Source: Dongiaceae bacterium | GTDB taxonomy: Bacteria; Pseudomonadota; Alphaproteobacteria; Dongiales; Dongiaceae | Length of the DNA stretch: 64,000 nucleotides | Reading direction: 5' to 3' | NCBI GenBank assembly: GCA_041398065.1 | Contig: JAWKVL010000019.1 | Location: 5,176 to 69,175, forward strand | Part shown: piece after piece, positions 9,860 to 20,031 of the stretch | How positions within the stretch are numbered: position 1 is the stretch's first letter | How the letters are laid out: the number at the start of each line of letters is the position of its first letter | Notes under the pieces: model-generated | The model's database searches: none | The model's input: only the letters and a program-made list of their open reading frames with translations | Told to the model about the DNA's origin: nothing | Translations under genes and position numbers: made by a program

Positions 9860-12277
9860 TCAGCTGCGCAAGCGCGAACCCTGTGGGTCATACGCCGGCT
9901 CGGCCAGCATCACCGCCTTCCGGCTCTCCCCGATCACATCCACTGTCAGCGCGGCGTCCGTGCCGATCAAGGCCTTATCGACGTAGGCCAGCGCAAGGCT
10001 CTGGCCCACATGATGCCCGTACGCGCCAGACGTGACGAACCCGACCAGCTTTCCATTGCGCTTCACCGGTTCGAACCCCGAGGCGTCTGCATCCGCGGCA
10101 TCGATGCGGAGCGTCACCAGCACGCGGTCGATGCCCTTCTCTCGCGCGCGCAACGCAGCTTCGCGCCCGATGAAATCGCCTTTGTCGAAGGCCACGTGAT
10201 GGCGCAGGTTCGACATCTCCGGCGAATAGGATTGCGTGAACTCGGTCGACCAGATGCCGTAGCTCTTCTCGAGCCGCAGCGAGTCGAGCGCGCGGTTGCC
10301 GATCGATCTGAGACCGAGGTCTGCGCCGGCGGCACGCAGCGCGCCATAGAGCGCCCGCTGATAGGCGACCGGCACGTTGATCTCGTAGCCCAGCTCGCCC
10401 GTCAAGGACAGGCGCGCCACGATTGCCGGCGCCATGCCGACGTCCATTTCCGCACAAGCCAGGAACGGGAACGCCGCATGACTGATGTCGCCCGGCACGA
10501 GCCGCGACATCAGCGCGCGCGATTGCGGGCCTGAGATGGCAAACCCCATCCAATCATCCGAGAGATTGCGGATGGTGACACCCTTCTCCGGCAAGCGCTC
10601 CGCGAACCAGCGCATGTGCCATGCCTGAAGATAGTAGGATCCGATCAGCCAGAAGCGATCCTCCGCCAGCCGGCTGACGGTCAGGTCGCCCATCAGCCTG
10701 CCCTGCGGATTCAACATCGGCGCGAGGCGGACGCGGCCGACTTTCGGCAGCTTGGCAGCAAGAAGATGATCGAGCCATGCCGCCGCGCCTGGTCCTGTGA
10801 CTTCGTAGCGCGCATAGATGGCGCTTTCGAACATGCCGACCGCCTCGCGCGTTGCCTTGACCTCCGTGGCGACGAAGGCATGCGCGTTCGAGCGGCGCAG
10901 GGTCGGCTTCTCCACGAAATCAGGTTGTCCCGGCGCGAAGTACTGCGGGGTCTCCATGCCCCAGGTGCAGCCATAGACCGCACCTTCCGCCTTCAGCGCA
11001 TCGTAGCAGGGTGATGTCTTCAGCGGCCTGCCGGCCGGCAATTCCTCATTGGGATAGGAGATCACGAAGCGGCGAGCGTAGAACTGGCCGGTCATCGCCT
11101 TCAGATAAGAATCGTTGGACGCGAAGCCGCCGTAGCGCGCGACGTCCATCCCGAAGATATCGGCGCCGGGATCTCCCTCGATCATCCAGTTCGCAAGCGT
11201 GAGGCCGATGGCGCCGCCTTGCGAGAAGCCGCCCATGCAACCGCACGCGACCCAATAGTTCCTGAGGCCGGGAACGGGCCCGACCAGCGGATTGCCGTCG
11301 GGCGTGAAGGTGAAGGCGCCGTTGACCCACTTGCGGATGCCGACATTCTGCAAGGCGGGGAAGCGCTCGAAACCGATCGCAAGCTCCGGAGAGATGCGGT
11401 CAATGTCGGGCGGCAGCAAATCCATCCCGAAATCCCAATCGGCGCCCTCGGTCTTCCAATGCCGCGGATCGCGCTCATAGACGCCGAGCAGCACTCCCTT
11501 GCGCTCCTGCTGCAGATAGGTGAAGCCCTCGAGGTCGGTGATGGCGGCGATCTCCCGGTCCATCGCCACGATCTCCGGCACGTCCTCGGTGATCAGATAG
11601 TGATGCTGCATCGGCGTGACCGGCAGGTTGATGCCGACCATCCCGCCGACCTTGCGTGCCCACAGTCCGGCTGCATTGACAACGTGTTCGGCGGTGATCG
11701 TCCCTTGCTCGGTGACTACCGACCATTGCCCGTTCGGCAATTGCGCCAGCGACAACACGCGATTGCGCAGGATGATCTCCGCACCCCGCTTCTTCGCGGC
11801 ACCGGCATAGGCGTGCGTCGTCCCGTGCGGATCCATGTAGCCTTCATGGGCGTCGTACAGACCGCCCTGCAGGTTGGAGACGTCGACGATCGGGCACAGC
11901 TCCTTGATCTCTTCGGGCGTGACCAACCGAGTCTCCATTTCCATGGTCTCGTACATGGCTCGCTCGGCCTTCAACATCTCCCAGCGCTCTGGCGTCGCGG
12001 CGAGGCTGATGCCGCCGGTCATGTGCATGCCGACACTCTGGCCGCTCTCCTTCTCGATCTCCTCATAGAGGCGGATCGTGTAGCCCTGCAGCGCGGCGAT
12101 GTTGGGATCATCGTTGAGCGCGTGGAACCCCGCGGCCGCGTGCCACGTGGAACCGGCCGTCAGCTCGGCGCGCTCGATCAGGGCAATGTCCGTCCAGCCG
12201 AACTTGCTGAGATGATAGAGGATGCTCGACCCGACGATGCCGCCGCCGATGATGACGACCCGATAGTGCGACTTCAT
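9860..12277 (-). CDS. GcvT-family FAD-dependent dehydrogenase (dimethylglycine dehydrogenase-like)
   Basis: VIIGGGIVG, GSTWHAAAG, FTPDGNPLVG, folate-domain RLSLTGELGYE, DSLRLEK, YDPQGSRLRS. Confidence 0.92.
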   Translation of the reverse strand: MKSHYRVVIIGGGIVGSSILYHLSKFGWTDIALIERAELTAGSTWHAAAGFHALNDDPNIAALQGYTIRLYEEIEKESGQSVGMHMTGGISLAATPERWEMLKAERAMYETMEMETRLVTPEEIKELCPIVDVSNLQGGLYDAHEGYMDPHGTTHAYAGAAKKRGAEIILRNRVLSLAQLPNGQWSVVTEQGTITAEHVVNAAGLWARKVGGMVGINLPVTPMQHHYLITEDVPEIVAMDREIAAITDLEGFTYLQQERKGVLLGVYERDPRHWKTEGADWDFGMDLLPPDIDRISPELAIGFERFPALQNVGIRKWVNGAFTFTPDGNPLVGPVPGLRNYWVACGCMGGFSQGGAIGLTLANWMIEGDPGADIFGMDVARYGGFASNDSYLKAMTGQFYARRFVISYPNEELPAGRPLKTSPCYDALKAEGAVYGCTWGMETPQYFAPGQPDFVEKPTLRRSNAHAFVATEVKATREAVGMFESAIYARYEVTGPGAAAWLDHLLAAKLPKVGRVRLAPMLNPQGRLMGDLTVSRLAEDRFWLIGSYYLQAWHMRWFAERLPEKGVTIRNLSDDWMGFAISGPQSRALMSRLVPGDISHAAFPFLACAEMDVGMAPAIVARLSLTGELGYEINVPVAYQRALYGALRAAGADLGLRSIGNRALDSLRLEKSYGIWSTEFTQSYSPEMSNLRHHVAFDKGDFIGREAALRAREKGIDRVLVTLRIDAADADASGFEPVKRNGKLVGFVTSGAYGHHVGQSLALAYVDKALIGTDAALTVDVIGESRKAVMLAEPAYDPQGSRLRS

Positions 12278-12345
12278 GTGGAAACCTGCTCTGGCTCAAT
12301 GTTTCCGCGCCGGGCGATGTTTTCGCCCTGGACCACGGTAATTTC

Positions 12346-12367
12346 TTGTTGTAAATTCTTACAATAA
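12346..12367. promoter_or_regulatory. Palindromic TetR/BetI-type operator
   Basis: TTGTTGTAAATTCTTACAATAA with core TTGTAA-N4-TTACAA, between the divergent dehydrogenase and TetR. Confidence 0.65.
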
Positions 12368-12371
12368 GGAA

Positions 12372-13025
12372 ATGGACGGCGGAATGCAATCGCAGAAGAA
12401 ATCCATGCCGCGGTTCAAGCGCCAGGCGCCGGAGAAACGCCGCGCCGACCTGGTGCAGGCCGCCATCCGCTGCCTCAGCGCGGGCGGCATGTCCGCCTTC
12501 AAGATGGAGCGGATCGCGGCGGAGGCCGGTGTCTCGCTCGGCCTGCTCAGCCACTATTTCACGGACAAGAACGAATTGCTGACCGAGGTATACCGGGCGG
12601 CGCTCTATGAGGACATCACCCGGAAGATCGCGGAGCTGGATGACCGCGATGCGGCTGGATCACCGGTCGAGCGGCTTTGCCGGATCGTCGATGCCGTCAT
12701 CGATCCGGAATATCTGCAAGTCCCCAACCTGACGGTGTGGCTGGCATTGTGGGGCGAGATTGTGATCAACCCCGACCTCCGCCGCGCGCATCGAACGCTC
12801 TATCGCAGCTACCTCCAGTCCCTGGCGGAGCTGATCGGAACGGTCGCGGCGGAGCGGCGCAGAAACGTCAATGCAATCGACATCGCGCGAAACTTTCAGG
12901 CCCTGATCGACGGCCTGTTCCTGGAACGCGCGCTGGACCGCCAGGCCGTCAACCATTCGGATCTTCGCCGTGCCAGCTATGAATTCCTGGAGCTGCACCT
13001 GGGAGCGCTGCCTAGTTCCGCTTGA
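12372..13025 (+). CDS. TetR family regulator (BetI-like C-terminus)
   Basis: RRADLVQAA..IAAEAGVSLGLLSHYFTDK, WLALWGE, ALIDGLFLE. Confidence 0.9.
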   Translation: MDGGMQSQKKSMPRFKRQAPEKRRADLVQAAIRCLSAGGMSAFKMERIAAEAGVSLGLLSHYFTDKNELLTEVYRAALYEDITRKIAELDDRDAAGSPVERLCRIVDAVIDPEYLQVPNLTVWLALWGEIVINPDLRRAHRTLYRSYLQSLAELIGTVAAERRRNVNAIDIARNFQALIDGLFLERALDRQAVNHSDLRRASYEFLELHLGALPSSA

Positions 13026-13653
13026 CGGCCAGTGCCCGGAAGCCGCCCGCAACCAGATCGTCGACCCAGGCGTGGGCGATCCGCAGCGCGTCCTCGCGTG
13101 AGAAGGTCGTGGGGTCGAGGCAGAGTTCCAGCCACAGACCATCCAACATGGCCGTGAAACCGAGAGCGGCCAGGTGCGCATCGATCTTGACCCGACGCAC
13201 ATGGGCGATGTCGGCGATTAGTTCCTCAAGACGGCCGCGATAGTCGCTATAGACCTTCTTGTGAACCCTGCGCACGCCGGAATCGCGCCGCACCAGGGAC
13301 CAGAAGGACAGCCAGATCGCCAGCAGATCGCGATCCAGTACCGGCGGCTTGAACGACGCATCGATGAAGGCCCGCAGCTTCAGTTCCGCATCATCTGGCG
13401 CCGATTCCATGGCTTCGATCAGGGTCTCTGCGACGCGCTGCCCGACGTGATCGTAGGTCGCCACGATCAGATCATCGATTCCCTTGAAATGATGTGCGAC
13501 CAGGCCCGGAGAGACCTTCGCCCTGGCCGCGACGGCCCGGACCGAAGTTCCCGCATAGCCAAGCTCGGCCAGGCACTGTGCCGTCGCCTCGATCAGCTTG
13601 CGCCTGCGCACCTCCGGCAGGTCGCGCGTGAAACGTGGTTCGGGCGCAGCCAT
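13012..13653 (-). CDS. TetR family regulator (BetI-like)
   Basis: RRRKLIEAT..VAARAKVSPGLVAHHFKG, WLSFWS, AMLDGLWLE. Confidence 0.9.
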   Translation of the reverse strand: MAAPEPRFTRDLPEVRRRKLIEATAQCLAELGYAGTSVRAVAARAKVSPGLVAHHFKGIDDLIVATYDHVGQRVAETLIEAMESAPDDAELKLRAFIDASFKPPVLDRDLLAIWLSFWSLVRRDSGVRRVHKKVYSDYRGRLEELIADIAHVRRVKIDAHLAALGFTAMLDGLWLELCLDPTTFSREDALRIAHAWVDDLVAGGFRALAVKRN

Positions 13654-13686
13654 GGACCCCCTCTTGCCAATCGGGCTGGATTTCCG

Positions 13687-13708
13687 TTATTATACATTTG
13701 TACAACAA
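13687..13708. promoter_or_regulatory. Palindromic TetR/BetI-type operator
   Basis: TTATTATACATTTGTACAACAA, an imperfect palindrome related to the 12346 site. Confidence 0.6.
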
Positions 13709-13742
13709 CGGCACAACACGAATATCAGGATCGGAGGACTTC

Positions 13743-14880
13743 ATGGGCGTGGCACTGCGGGACGCGAAGCTGGCGGATCGCCATGTGGAGCTGAGCTGGG
13801 CGGACGGTCGCGTCGGCGATCGGTTCGCGCTGCTGTGGCTGAAGGACCATTGCCCTAGTCCGCAATGCCTCCACCCGGAGACCAAGCAGCGCCAGATCGA
13901 CAGCTTTGCCATTCCCGAAGACATCGCGGCCTGCGCGGTGACGATCGAGGAGAACGGCCGCGTTCTACGCATCGATTGGACAGACCATGGTCATGTCAGC
14001 CGGTTCGATGCGACCTTCCTCGCTTCTCTCCTGCCGGCCAACCAGGTCGCGCCGCGCCGTGTGCTGTGGGATGCCGCCACGGTCGAGGCCCAGGTGCCGA
14101 CGGTGCCCCATGACGCCGTGATGAACATGGCCGACGAATCGGGCTTGAAGAAGTGGCTGGAACTGGTCGAGACCTACGGCTTCTGCGTCGTGACCGGAAC
14201 GCCGGCGACGCCTGAAGCAACCCGGGCGCTGCTGGAACGCGTGACCTATATCCGGCACACGATCTTCGGCGGCTTCTGGGACTTCACCGCCAACATGGAG
14301 CACAAAGACACCGCCTACACCACCCTGGCGATCGGTCCGCACACCGACGGCACCTACAGCTTTGACGCGCCGGGCTACCAGATGCTGCACTGCCTCGCCT
14401 TCAACGGCACCGGTGGGGAGAACGTGTTTGTGGATGGCTTCAAGGTCGCCGAGATCATGCAGCGCGACCATCCGGAGGAGTATCGGCTGCTGACCTCGAT
14501 CGACATCACGGGGCAATACATCGACAACGACCGCAACGTGCATCTGCAGGCTTCACGGCCGCTGTTCCGCCTGACCCGCACGGGCGACCTGGTGCAGGTC
14601 AGCTACAACAACTACGACCGCGCGCCTTTCTACCTGCCGTCGGATCAGGTCGCCGCGCTCTATCGCGCGCTCAAGCTGTTCGCGTCCTACATCAACGATC
14701 CGAAGATGCAAATGCCGCCGCCGCCTGGCTCCGGGCGACACCGTGATGTTCGACAATTGGCGCGGCTTCTCCAGCTGCCCACGTGACCTATCAGGGCTAT
14801 CGCAGGCTGTGCAGCCGTCTCAGCAAGGAAGGCATGGAAAGCCGCCTGCGGCGGTTGCGCGGTGGCTGGTCTCCTGGAGC
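13743..14880 (+). CDS. Gamma-butyrobetaine/trimethyllysine dioxygenase (TauD/TfdA family), 3' end frameshifted
   Basis: N-terminal DUF971-type WLKDHCPSPQCLHPETKQR and HTD Fe motif (GPHTDGTY). The GDTVMFDNWR and YQGYRRLC motifs continue in other frames after about 14715. Confidence 0.85.
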
Positions 14881-14937
14881 CTACGGCCGTTTGCGCTGGA
14901 TACGGCATCGGCCGGCGGTCTGGGCTCGCGGGAGAGG

Positions 14938-15981
14938 ATGATCGAGGGCATCACCACGATCAGCTGCCTTGCCGCGTCGTCTTCGGCGCCGGCGCGTTCG
15001 ACCAAGCGCTGAGCAGGAAATCGACCGCGCCTGCATCTCTCCACGAAACTGCTTATCTTGTCGACGCCCGGGCAAGTGAAGCTGGCCGAGGAGGCCGCGC
15101 GCCGCCTGGGGTCACGCCGCAGCCAGCATCTTTCCGCACCGCCAAGATGCATGTGCCCATCGAGACCGCCGAGGCGGCGTGCCGGCGCGCAGGCTTGGCG
15201 CCGACGGCGCCGTCACCGATCGGCGGCGGCTCGACCATCGGCGCAGCGAGCCATCACATTGAAGCTTCGGTTGCCGATCGTCGCGTCAGCCTATGCCGGC
15301 TCCCGGAGATGGCCATGGTGTGGTCTTACGAAGGCGGGGCAAAGACCGGCCTGGTCGAGTCTGCCGCGATCCGTGATCGACCGCTCTGACGCTGGCGCTG
15401 CCCGACGGATCCAGCGTTACGGCAGCATGAACGCCAGCATGTCCTGCGTCGAAGCGCTCTATGCCGAGAACGCCAATCCCGTCACATCGCTGATGGCCGA
15501 GGAAGGCATCCGCGCTCTAGCAGGCAGCCTTCCTGGAATCGCGAAGGATCCTGTGACTCTCGAAACGCGCGGCGATGCGCTCTATGGCGCCTGGCTCGCC
15601 GGCCTTTCCTTGGCCGCTGTCGGAATGGCGCTGCATCACAAGCTCTGCCACACGCTCGGCGGCAGCTTCAACCTGCCCCATGCAGAGACTCATACGATCG
15701 TGCTGCCGCATGCCGTGGCCTACAACAGCGCGGCGGCGCCTGAAGCGATGCAACGAATTGCGCGAGCGCTCGGAGCCCGGGACTCGGCGACCGGGCTGTA
15801 TGACCTTGCTGCCATGATCGGCGCGCCGCTGGCCTTGAAAGAGATCGGGCTCAGGGAGCAAGACCTCGATCAGGCTGCGGATATCGCCACGCGCAATCCG
15901 TACTACAATCCACGCGCGGTGACGCGCGAAGGAATCCGGCGGTTGCTGGAGGATGCATTCCACGGCCGCAGGCCAGCCTGA
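14938..15981 (+). CDS. Maleylacetate reductase (iron-containing ADH family), 5' half frameshifted
   Basis: GGAGAGG-ATG at 14938. RVVFGAG, KMHVPIE and IGGGSTIG fall in shifting frames. The C-terminal half is intact: EALYA..SLMAEEGIRAL, MALHHKLCHTLGGSFNLPHAETH, NPYYNPR. Confidence 0.85.
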
Positions 15982-16040
15982 ACAGGCACGCCCATGCACC
16001 CGATCTTGCAGGCCGGCCCGGCGCTGCTTATTTCCCAGCC

Positions 16041-16982
16041 ATGCCATACGATTCAATCGAGCAGCCCGACGACGCCCTGGACCCCTATTCCGCGCGGGTC
16101 GCTCATGCCTTCGAAACCGTCGGCCCGGCGGTGGTCCATATCCATGCGCAAGGCCGGCAGACCGGCACCGGTTCCGGCGTATTGTTCGCGCCCGACGGCT
16201 ACCTGCTGACCAATAGCCATGTCGTCTCCGGGGCCACTCGCCTGTCCGGCAGCCTGACCGACGGGCGCCAGCTCGACGCCGAACTGGTCGGCAACGATCC
16301 GGCCACCGACCTGGCGGTCCTGCGTCTCCAAGGCGCCGGACTGCCGCATGCTCATTTCGGCAGCTCGGCGCGCCTGCGGGTGGGCCAGCTGGTGGTGGCA
16401 ATCGGCAATCCGCTGGGCTTCCAGGCCACCGTCACCGCCGGCATTGTGAGTGCGCTCGGCCGGACCCTGCGCTCGCCGTCGGGCCGGCTGATCCAGAGCG
16501 TGATCCAGACCGACGCGCCGCTCAATCCCGGCAATTCCGGCGGCGCGCTGGTGGACGGCCTGGGAAAGGTCGTCGGCATCAACACGGCGATGATCGGCCG
16601 GGCGCAGGGCCTGTGCTTTGCGATCGGCATCGACACCGCCGCCGATGTCACCATGCGGCTGATGCGCGACGGCCGCGTGCGCCGCGCGCGTCTGGGGCTG
16701 GCGGGCCAGACCATCATGCTCGACCAGCGGTTGGCGCGCCGCTTGCGCCGGTCGCAGGTCGCGGCGGTTCAGGTCCTGGAGGTGCCATCGGGCGGTCCTG
16801 CGGCGCGCGCGGGTATCGAGAAAGGCGACATCATCCTGGAGTTCGGCGACTCCGGTGTGTTCACGGTCGACGATCTTCATCGCTTGCTGACGGCCGACAT
16901 CGCCGGGAAAGCCGCGCCCATAAAGGTCTTGCGCGGCGCCGGCCTGAAGACGTTCGATATCCATCCAGAGCTCGACGAATAG
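16041..16982 (+). CDS. S1C (HtrA-like) serine protease with one PDZ domain and no signal peptide
   Basis: LTNSHVV, DLAVL, QTDAPLNPGNSGG, PDZ segment GGPAARAGIEKGDII. Confidence 0.93.
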   Translation: MPYDSIEQPDDALDPYSARVAHAFETVGPAVVHIHAQGRQTGTGSGVLFAPDGYLLTNSHVVSGATRLSGSLTDGRQLDAELVGNDPATDLAVLRLQGAGLPHAHFGSSARLRVGQLVVAIGNPLGFQATVTAGIVSALGRTLRSPSGRLIQSVIQTDAPLNPGNSGGALVDGLGKVVGINTAMIGRAQGLCFAIGIDTAADVTMRLMRDGRVRRARLGLAGQTIMLDQRLARRLRRSQVAAVQVLEVPSGGPAARAGIEKGDIILEFGDSGVFTVDDLHRLLTADIAGKAAPIKVLRGAGLKTFDIHPELDE

Positions 16983-16992
16983 GAGCCGTCCT

Positions 16993-17673
16993 ATGGAACT
17001 CAATGCGGACTTCTCGCAGCGCGTGGCGATCCATGCCGCAACGCTCGCTTGGGTGCCGTCTCCGATGGCTGGGGTGGAACGGCGCATGCTGGACCGCATC
17101 GGCGACGAAGTGGCACGCGCCACCTCTATCGTCCGCTACGCGCCGCACAGCCATTTCTCGCCGCACACCCACGGCGGCGGAGAAGAGTTCCTGGTCCTCG
17201 ATGGCGTGTTCCAGGACGAGCACGGCGACTATCCTGCCGGCTCCTATGTGCGCAATCCGCCAACCTCGCGCCATACGCCGAGCTCGGAACCGGGCTGCGT
17301 GATCTTCGTCAAGCTCTGGCAATTCGACCCCGACGACCGCACCGAGGTTCGCATCAATACGGGCAAGAACGCGTACAAGACCGTGCCGGAGCGCGCTGGT
17401 GTCGAAATCATGCCGTTGTTTCGTGACACGCATGAAGAGGTCCGCTTGGAACGTTGGACGCCCCATGCGGATATCAGACTACCGGTGCCGGGCGGCGCAG
17501 AAATTCTGGTGCTCGATGGCAGCTTCGTAGAGCGCCGAGAAACCTTCGCGAAGCAATCCTGGCTTCGCCTGCCTGTCGGCGCGGAGCTGCGGGCGAAGGC
17601 AGGCGCCGATGGCTGTCGCGCGTGGATCAAGAGCGGACATCTTCGCGCGCCGGCGGGGTTCAACCCGGCCTAA
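16993..17673 (+). CDS. ChrR-like double cupin protein
   Basis: MELNADF..WVPSPMAGVERRMLDRIGDEVARATSIVRY, HTHGGGEEFLVLDG, YVRNPP. Confidence 0.9.
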   Translation: MELNADFSQRVAIHAATLAWVPSPMAGVERRMLDRIGDEVARATSIVRYAPHSHFSPHTHGGGEEFLVLDGVFQDEHGDYPAGSYVRNPPTSRHTPSSEPGCVIFVKLWQFDPDDRTEVRINTGKNAYKTVPERAGVEIMPLFRDTHEEVRLERWTPHADIRLPVPGGAEILVLDGSFVERRETFAKQSWLRLPVGAELRAKAGADGCRAWIKSGHLRAPAGFNPA

Positions 17674-18176
17674 GCTGGCGGCAAGGCTGGTTCCGCACGA
17701 GTTGCGACCCTCCGAGGCGGCGGCGGGCTGCGCTTCTTGGAACTGGCCGCACCTCCACACGTCACAGATTTGTCCCGCACAACCATTCATCTGCGGCACT
17801 ATGATCGGCCCCGGGATGACTCCGCACAGGGGGATGACGACCTCTTCCCGCTGTTTGTCGGCGGTGCTCTCACGACCAACCAGCGAGCTCCTGTGCTGGC
17901 ACGGGCGGCTGGACAGGGATATTGCGTGGCTCCCTATCGGGGGAGTGTCGCGCGGCCGCAATGGTTGTCGAAGCCTCGTAACGTCGCTGCGGCGCAGCGG
18001 CCGACGCCACATGCCGTGCCGGCTCTTCTCAAGGCGACGCAATCTCGCTGGTTGCGGCCGATCAGGCCTCCTTCCCGGAGCTGATCGAACCGGCTTGGCC
18101 GGTTTCGAGCCGTGAGTGCAGAGCATCGGAGCGGGGTGATCGTCCCGAGCAGGACGATTGCGAGGAGCGACCACCG

Positions 18177-19178
18177 ATGTCCACAGTTCGTGAAAGGCGC
18201 AGCAAGAACATCTTCATCCGCATACTCGAACAGAACTGGCGATGGAGCAAGGCACACAGCTGGCGTCACCTCATCGAGGAGCATGATCTCAATCCCCTGA
18301 TCCGCGGACGGCGCGCAGCGCGCAAGACATGGTGGCGCATGATGCATCGCGACGAGAAGGCGCATGCCATCCCTGTCTTCCTGGTGGGCGTGCAGCGATC
18401 CGGCACCAACATGCTCGCGCATGGTCTGGACGAGCGGCCGGATTTCCAGGTCTACAACGAGGGGAACACCCAGGCCTTCGTGGATTTCCAGCTTCGATCG
18501 CTGCCGGTCATCAAATCCCTGATCGAACGAAGCCGGGCCCGGTTCGTCCTTTTCAAGCCGCTCTGTGACTCGCATCGGACGCCGGAGCTGCTTGAGTATT
18601 TCGGCCCATCGGCGCGGGCGATTTGGGCATATCGGAACGTCGATGGCCGGGTACGCTCGGCCGTGGCGAAGTTCGGCGATTCCAATCTGCGCGTGCTGCG
18701 CGCCTACGCATCCGGCAGCAAGCGGACCGCGTGGCAGGTGCAGGGCCTCTCCCCGGAGAATGCCGACTTCGTCAGGAGCTTTGACTTCGACCGGCTTTCT
18801 GCGGAATCCGCCGCGGCCCTGTTCTGGTACGTCCGGAATTCGCTCTACTTCGAGATGGCGCTCGACCGGCGGCGCGATACCGTCCTGGTCGACTATGATC
18901 TCCTGCTGGCCGAACCAGTGCGGACAGCGCGTGCGTTGTGTGATGCCCTCGATCTCGGCTACCGCCGCGAGATGATCGCCGAGATCGATCCCCGCCGTCC
19001 GACGCAGCGGCCGCCCCTGGCCATCGACCCGCGGATCCGCGAGCGATGCTCGGCGCTGAAGGAACGGCTCGACGCGGCCTGCTTCGCACAAATGTCAAGA
19101 GCGTGGAACGAGCCGGCGGGCCGGCGCGCAGCGTCCCGTTCGGACTCTCCGCTGGTGGGCGCATCCGCAAGAACGTGA
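18177..19178 (+). CDS. Sulfotransferase-fold protein
   Basis: PAPS-binding loop VFLVGVQRSGTNML, WAYRN..RVRS 3'-PB-like motif, and VDYDLLLAEP..RALCDALDL. Confidence 0.7.
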   Translation: MSTVRERRSKNIFIRILEQNWRWSKAHSWRHLIEEHDLNPLIRGRRAARKTWWRMMHRDEKAHAIPVFLVGVQRSGTNMLAHGLDERPDFQVYNEGNTQAFVDFQLRSLPVIKSLIERSRARFVLFKPLCDSHRTPELLEYFGPSARAIWAYRNVDGRVRSAVAKFGDSNLRVLRAYASGSKRTAWQVQGLSPENADFVRSFDFDRLSAESAAALFWYVRNSLYFEMALDRRRDTVLVDYDLLLAEPVRTARALCDALDLGYRREMIAEIDPRRPTQRPPLAIDPRIRERCSALKERLDAACFAQMSRAWNEPAGRRAASRSDSPLVGASART

Positions 19179-19238
19179 GCGCCCGACTACACCGGGTGAA
19201 ATGGTTGTAAGCAGCCAAGCGGCACGAGATCCAAGTCG

Positions 19239-19991
19239 ATGACGACACCAATCGAGGGCACCCCCACCAGGCACGATGGCATGCAGCAGCGGGCGCACCC
19301 GCCGCGTCGGTCAGCCCTTCGCGCGATGCTCATGAAGGTGAAGCATGGTTATTCGAGGCGCGCTCGAAGCAGGCGCGCTGCATTGTTCCGCAGCTTGTTT
19401 CCCGACATCATGAAACAGTCTGTCCTGGACCTGGGCGGCGGCGACGGGAGCCACATCGCAATGGTCGTCCCCGGCCACAGGAACGTGACCATCGCCGATA
19501 TCGACCGGGCCAAGCTGGCGGTCGCGGAGCGCGTCCATGGGCACAGGTCCAGGGTGCTGGGAGAGTCGCCGTGCCTGCCCTTCGGGGACGGCGAATTCGA
19601 TGTCGTTTTCTGCTCTTCGGTCATCGAGCACGTCACCGGGCCGAAAGACGAAGTCGGGAACATTCGGTCGAGCGCTGCATTTCAGGAGCAGGCTCTGCGG
19701 CACCAGCAGGGCTTCGCCGAGGAGGTGAGACGGATTGGACGAGGCTACTTTGTGCAGACTCCCTACAAGCACTTTCCGATTGAAAGCCACACAATCGCCC
19801 CGGGATTCGTGGTGCTTCTTCCGCGCTCGATCCAGCTGGAGATCTGGAAATGGTGGCCATTCTACAATCACGTGCCGGACTTCAGCTTGCTGACGGTCCG
19901 TGACATGGAGCGCTGCTTCCCCGATGCCGAGATTCACTTGGAAACCGCGATCGGCTTGACAAAATCGATCATGGCGGTACGACGGGTCTAG
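19239..19991 (+). CDS. Class I SAM-dependent methyltransferase
   Basis: VLDLGGGDG, LPFGDGEFDVVFCSSVIEHV, YFVQTPYKHFPIESH. Confidence 0.88.
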   Translation: MTTPIEGTPTRHDGMQQRAHPPRRSALRAMLMKVKHGYSRRARSRRAALFRSLFPDIMKQSVLDLGGGDGSHIAMVVPGHRNVTIADIDRAKLAVAERVHGHRSRVLGESPCLPFGDGEFDVVFCSSVIEHVTGPKDEVGNIRSSAAFQEQALRHQQGFAEEVRRIGRGYFVQTPYKHFPIESHTIAPGFVVLLPRSIQLEIWKWWPFYNHVPDFSLLTVRDMERCFPDAEIHLETAIGLTKSIMAVRRV

Positions 19992-20031
19992 CGCCGAGCA
20001 ATCCCATGTCTGACAGGAACGCGAACCGCTG

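Noticed and set aside
17674-18176. 500-bp intergenic region as an sRNA or riboswitch
   Set aside because: No recognisable riboswitch, terminator or credible ORF by eye. An Infernal/Rfam scan would be needed.
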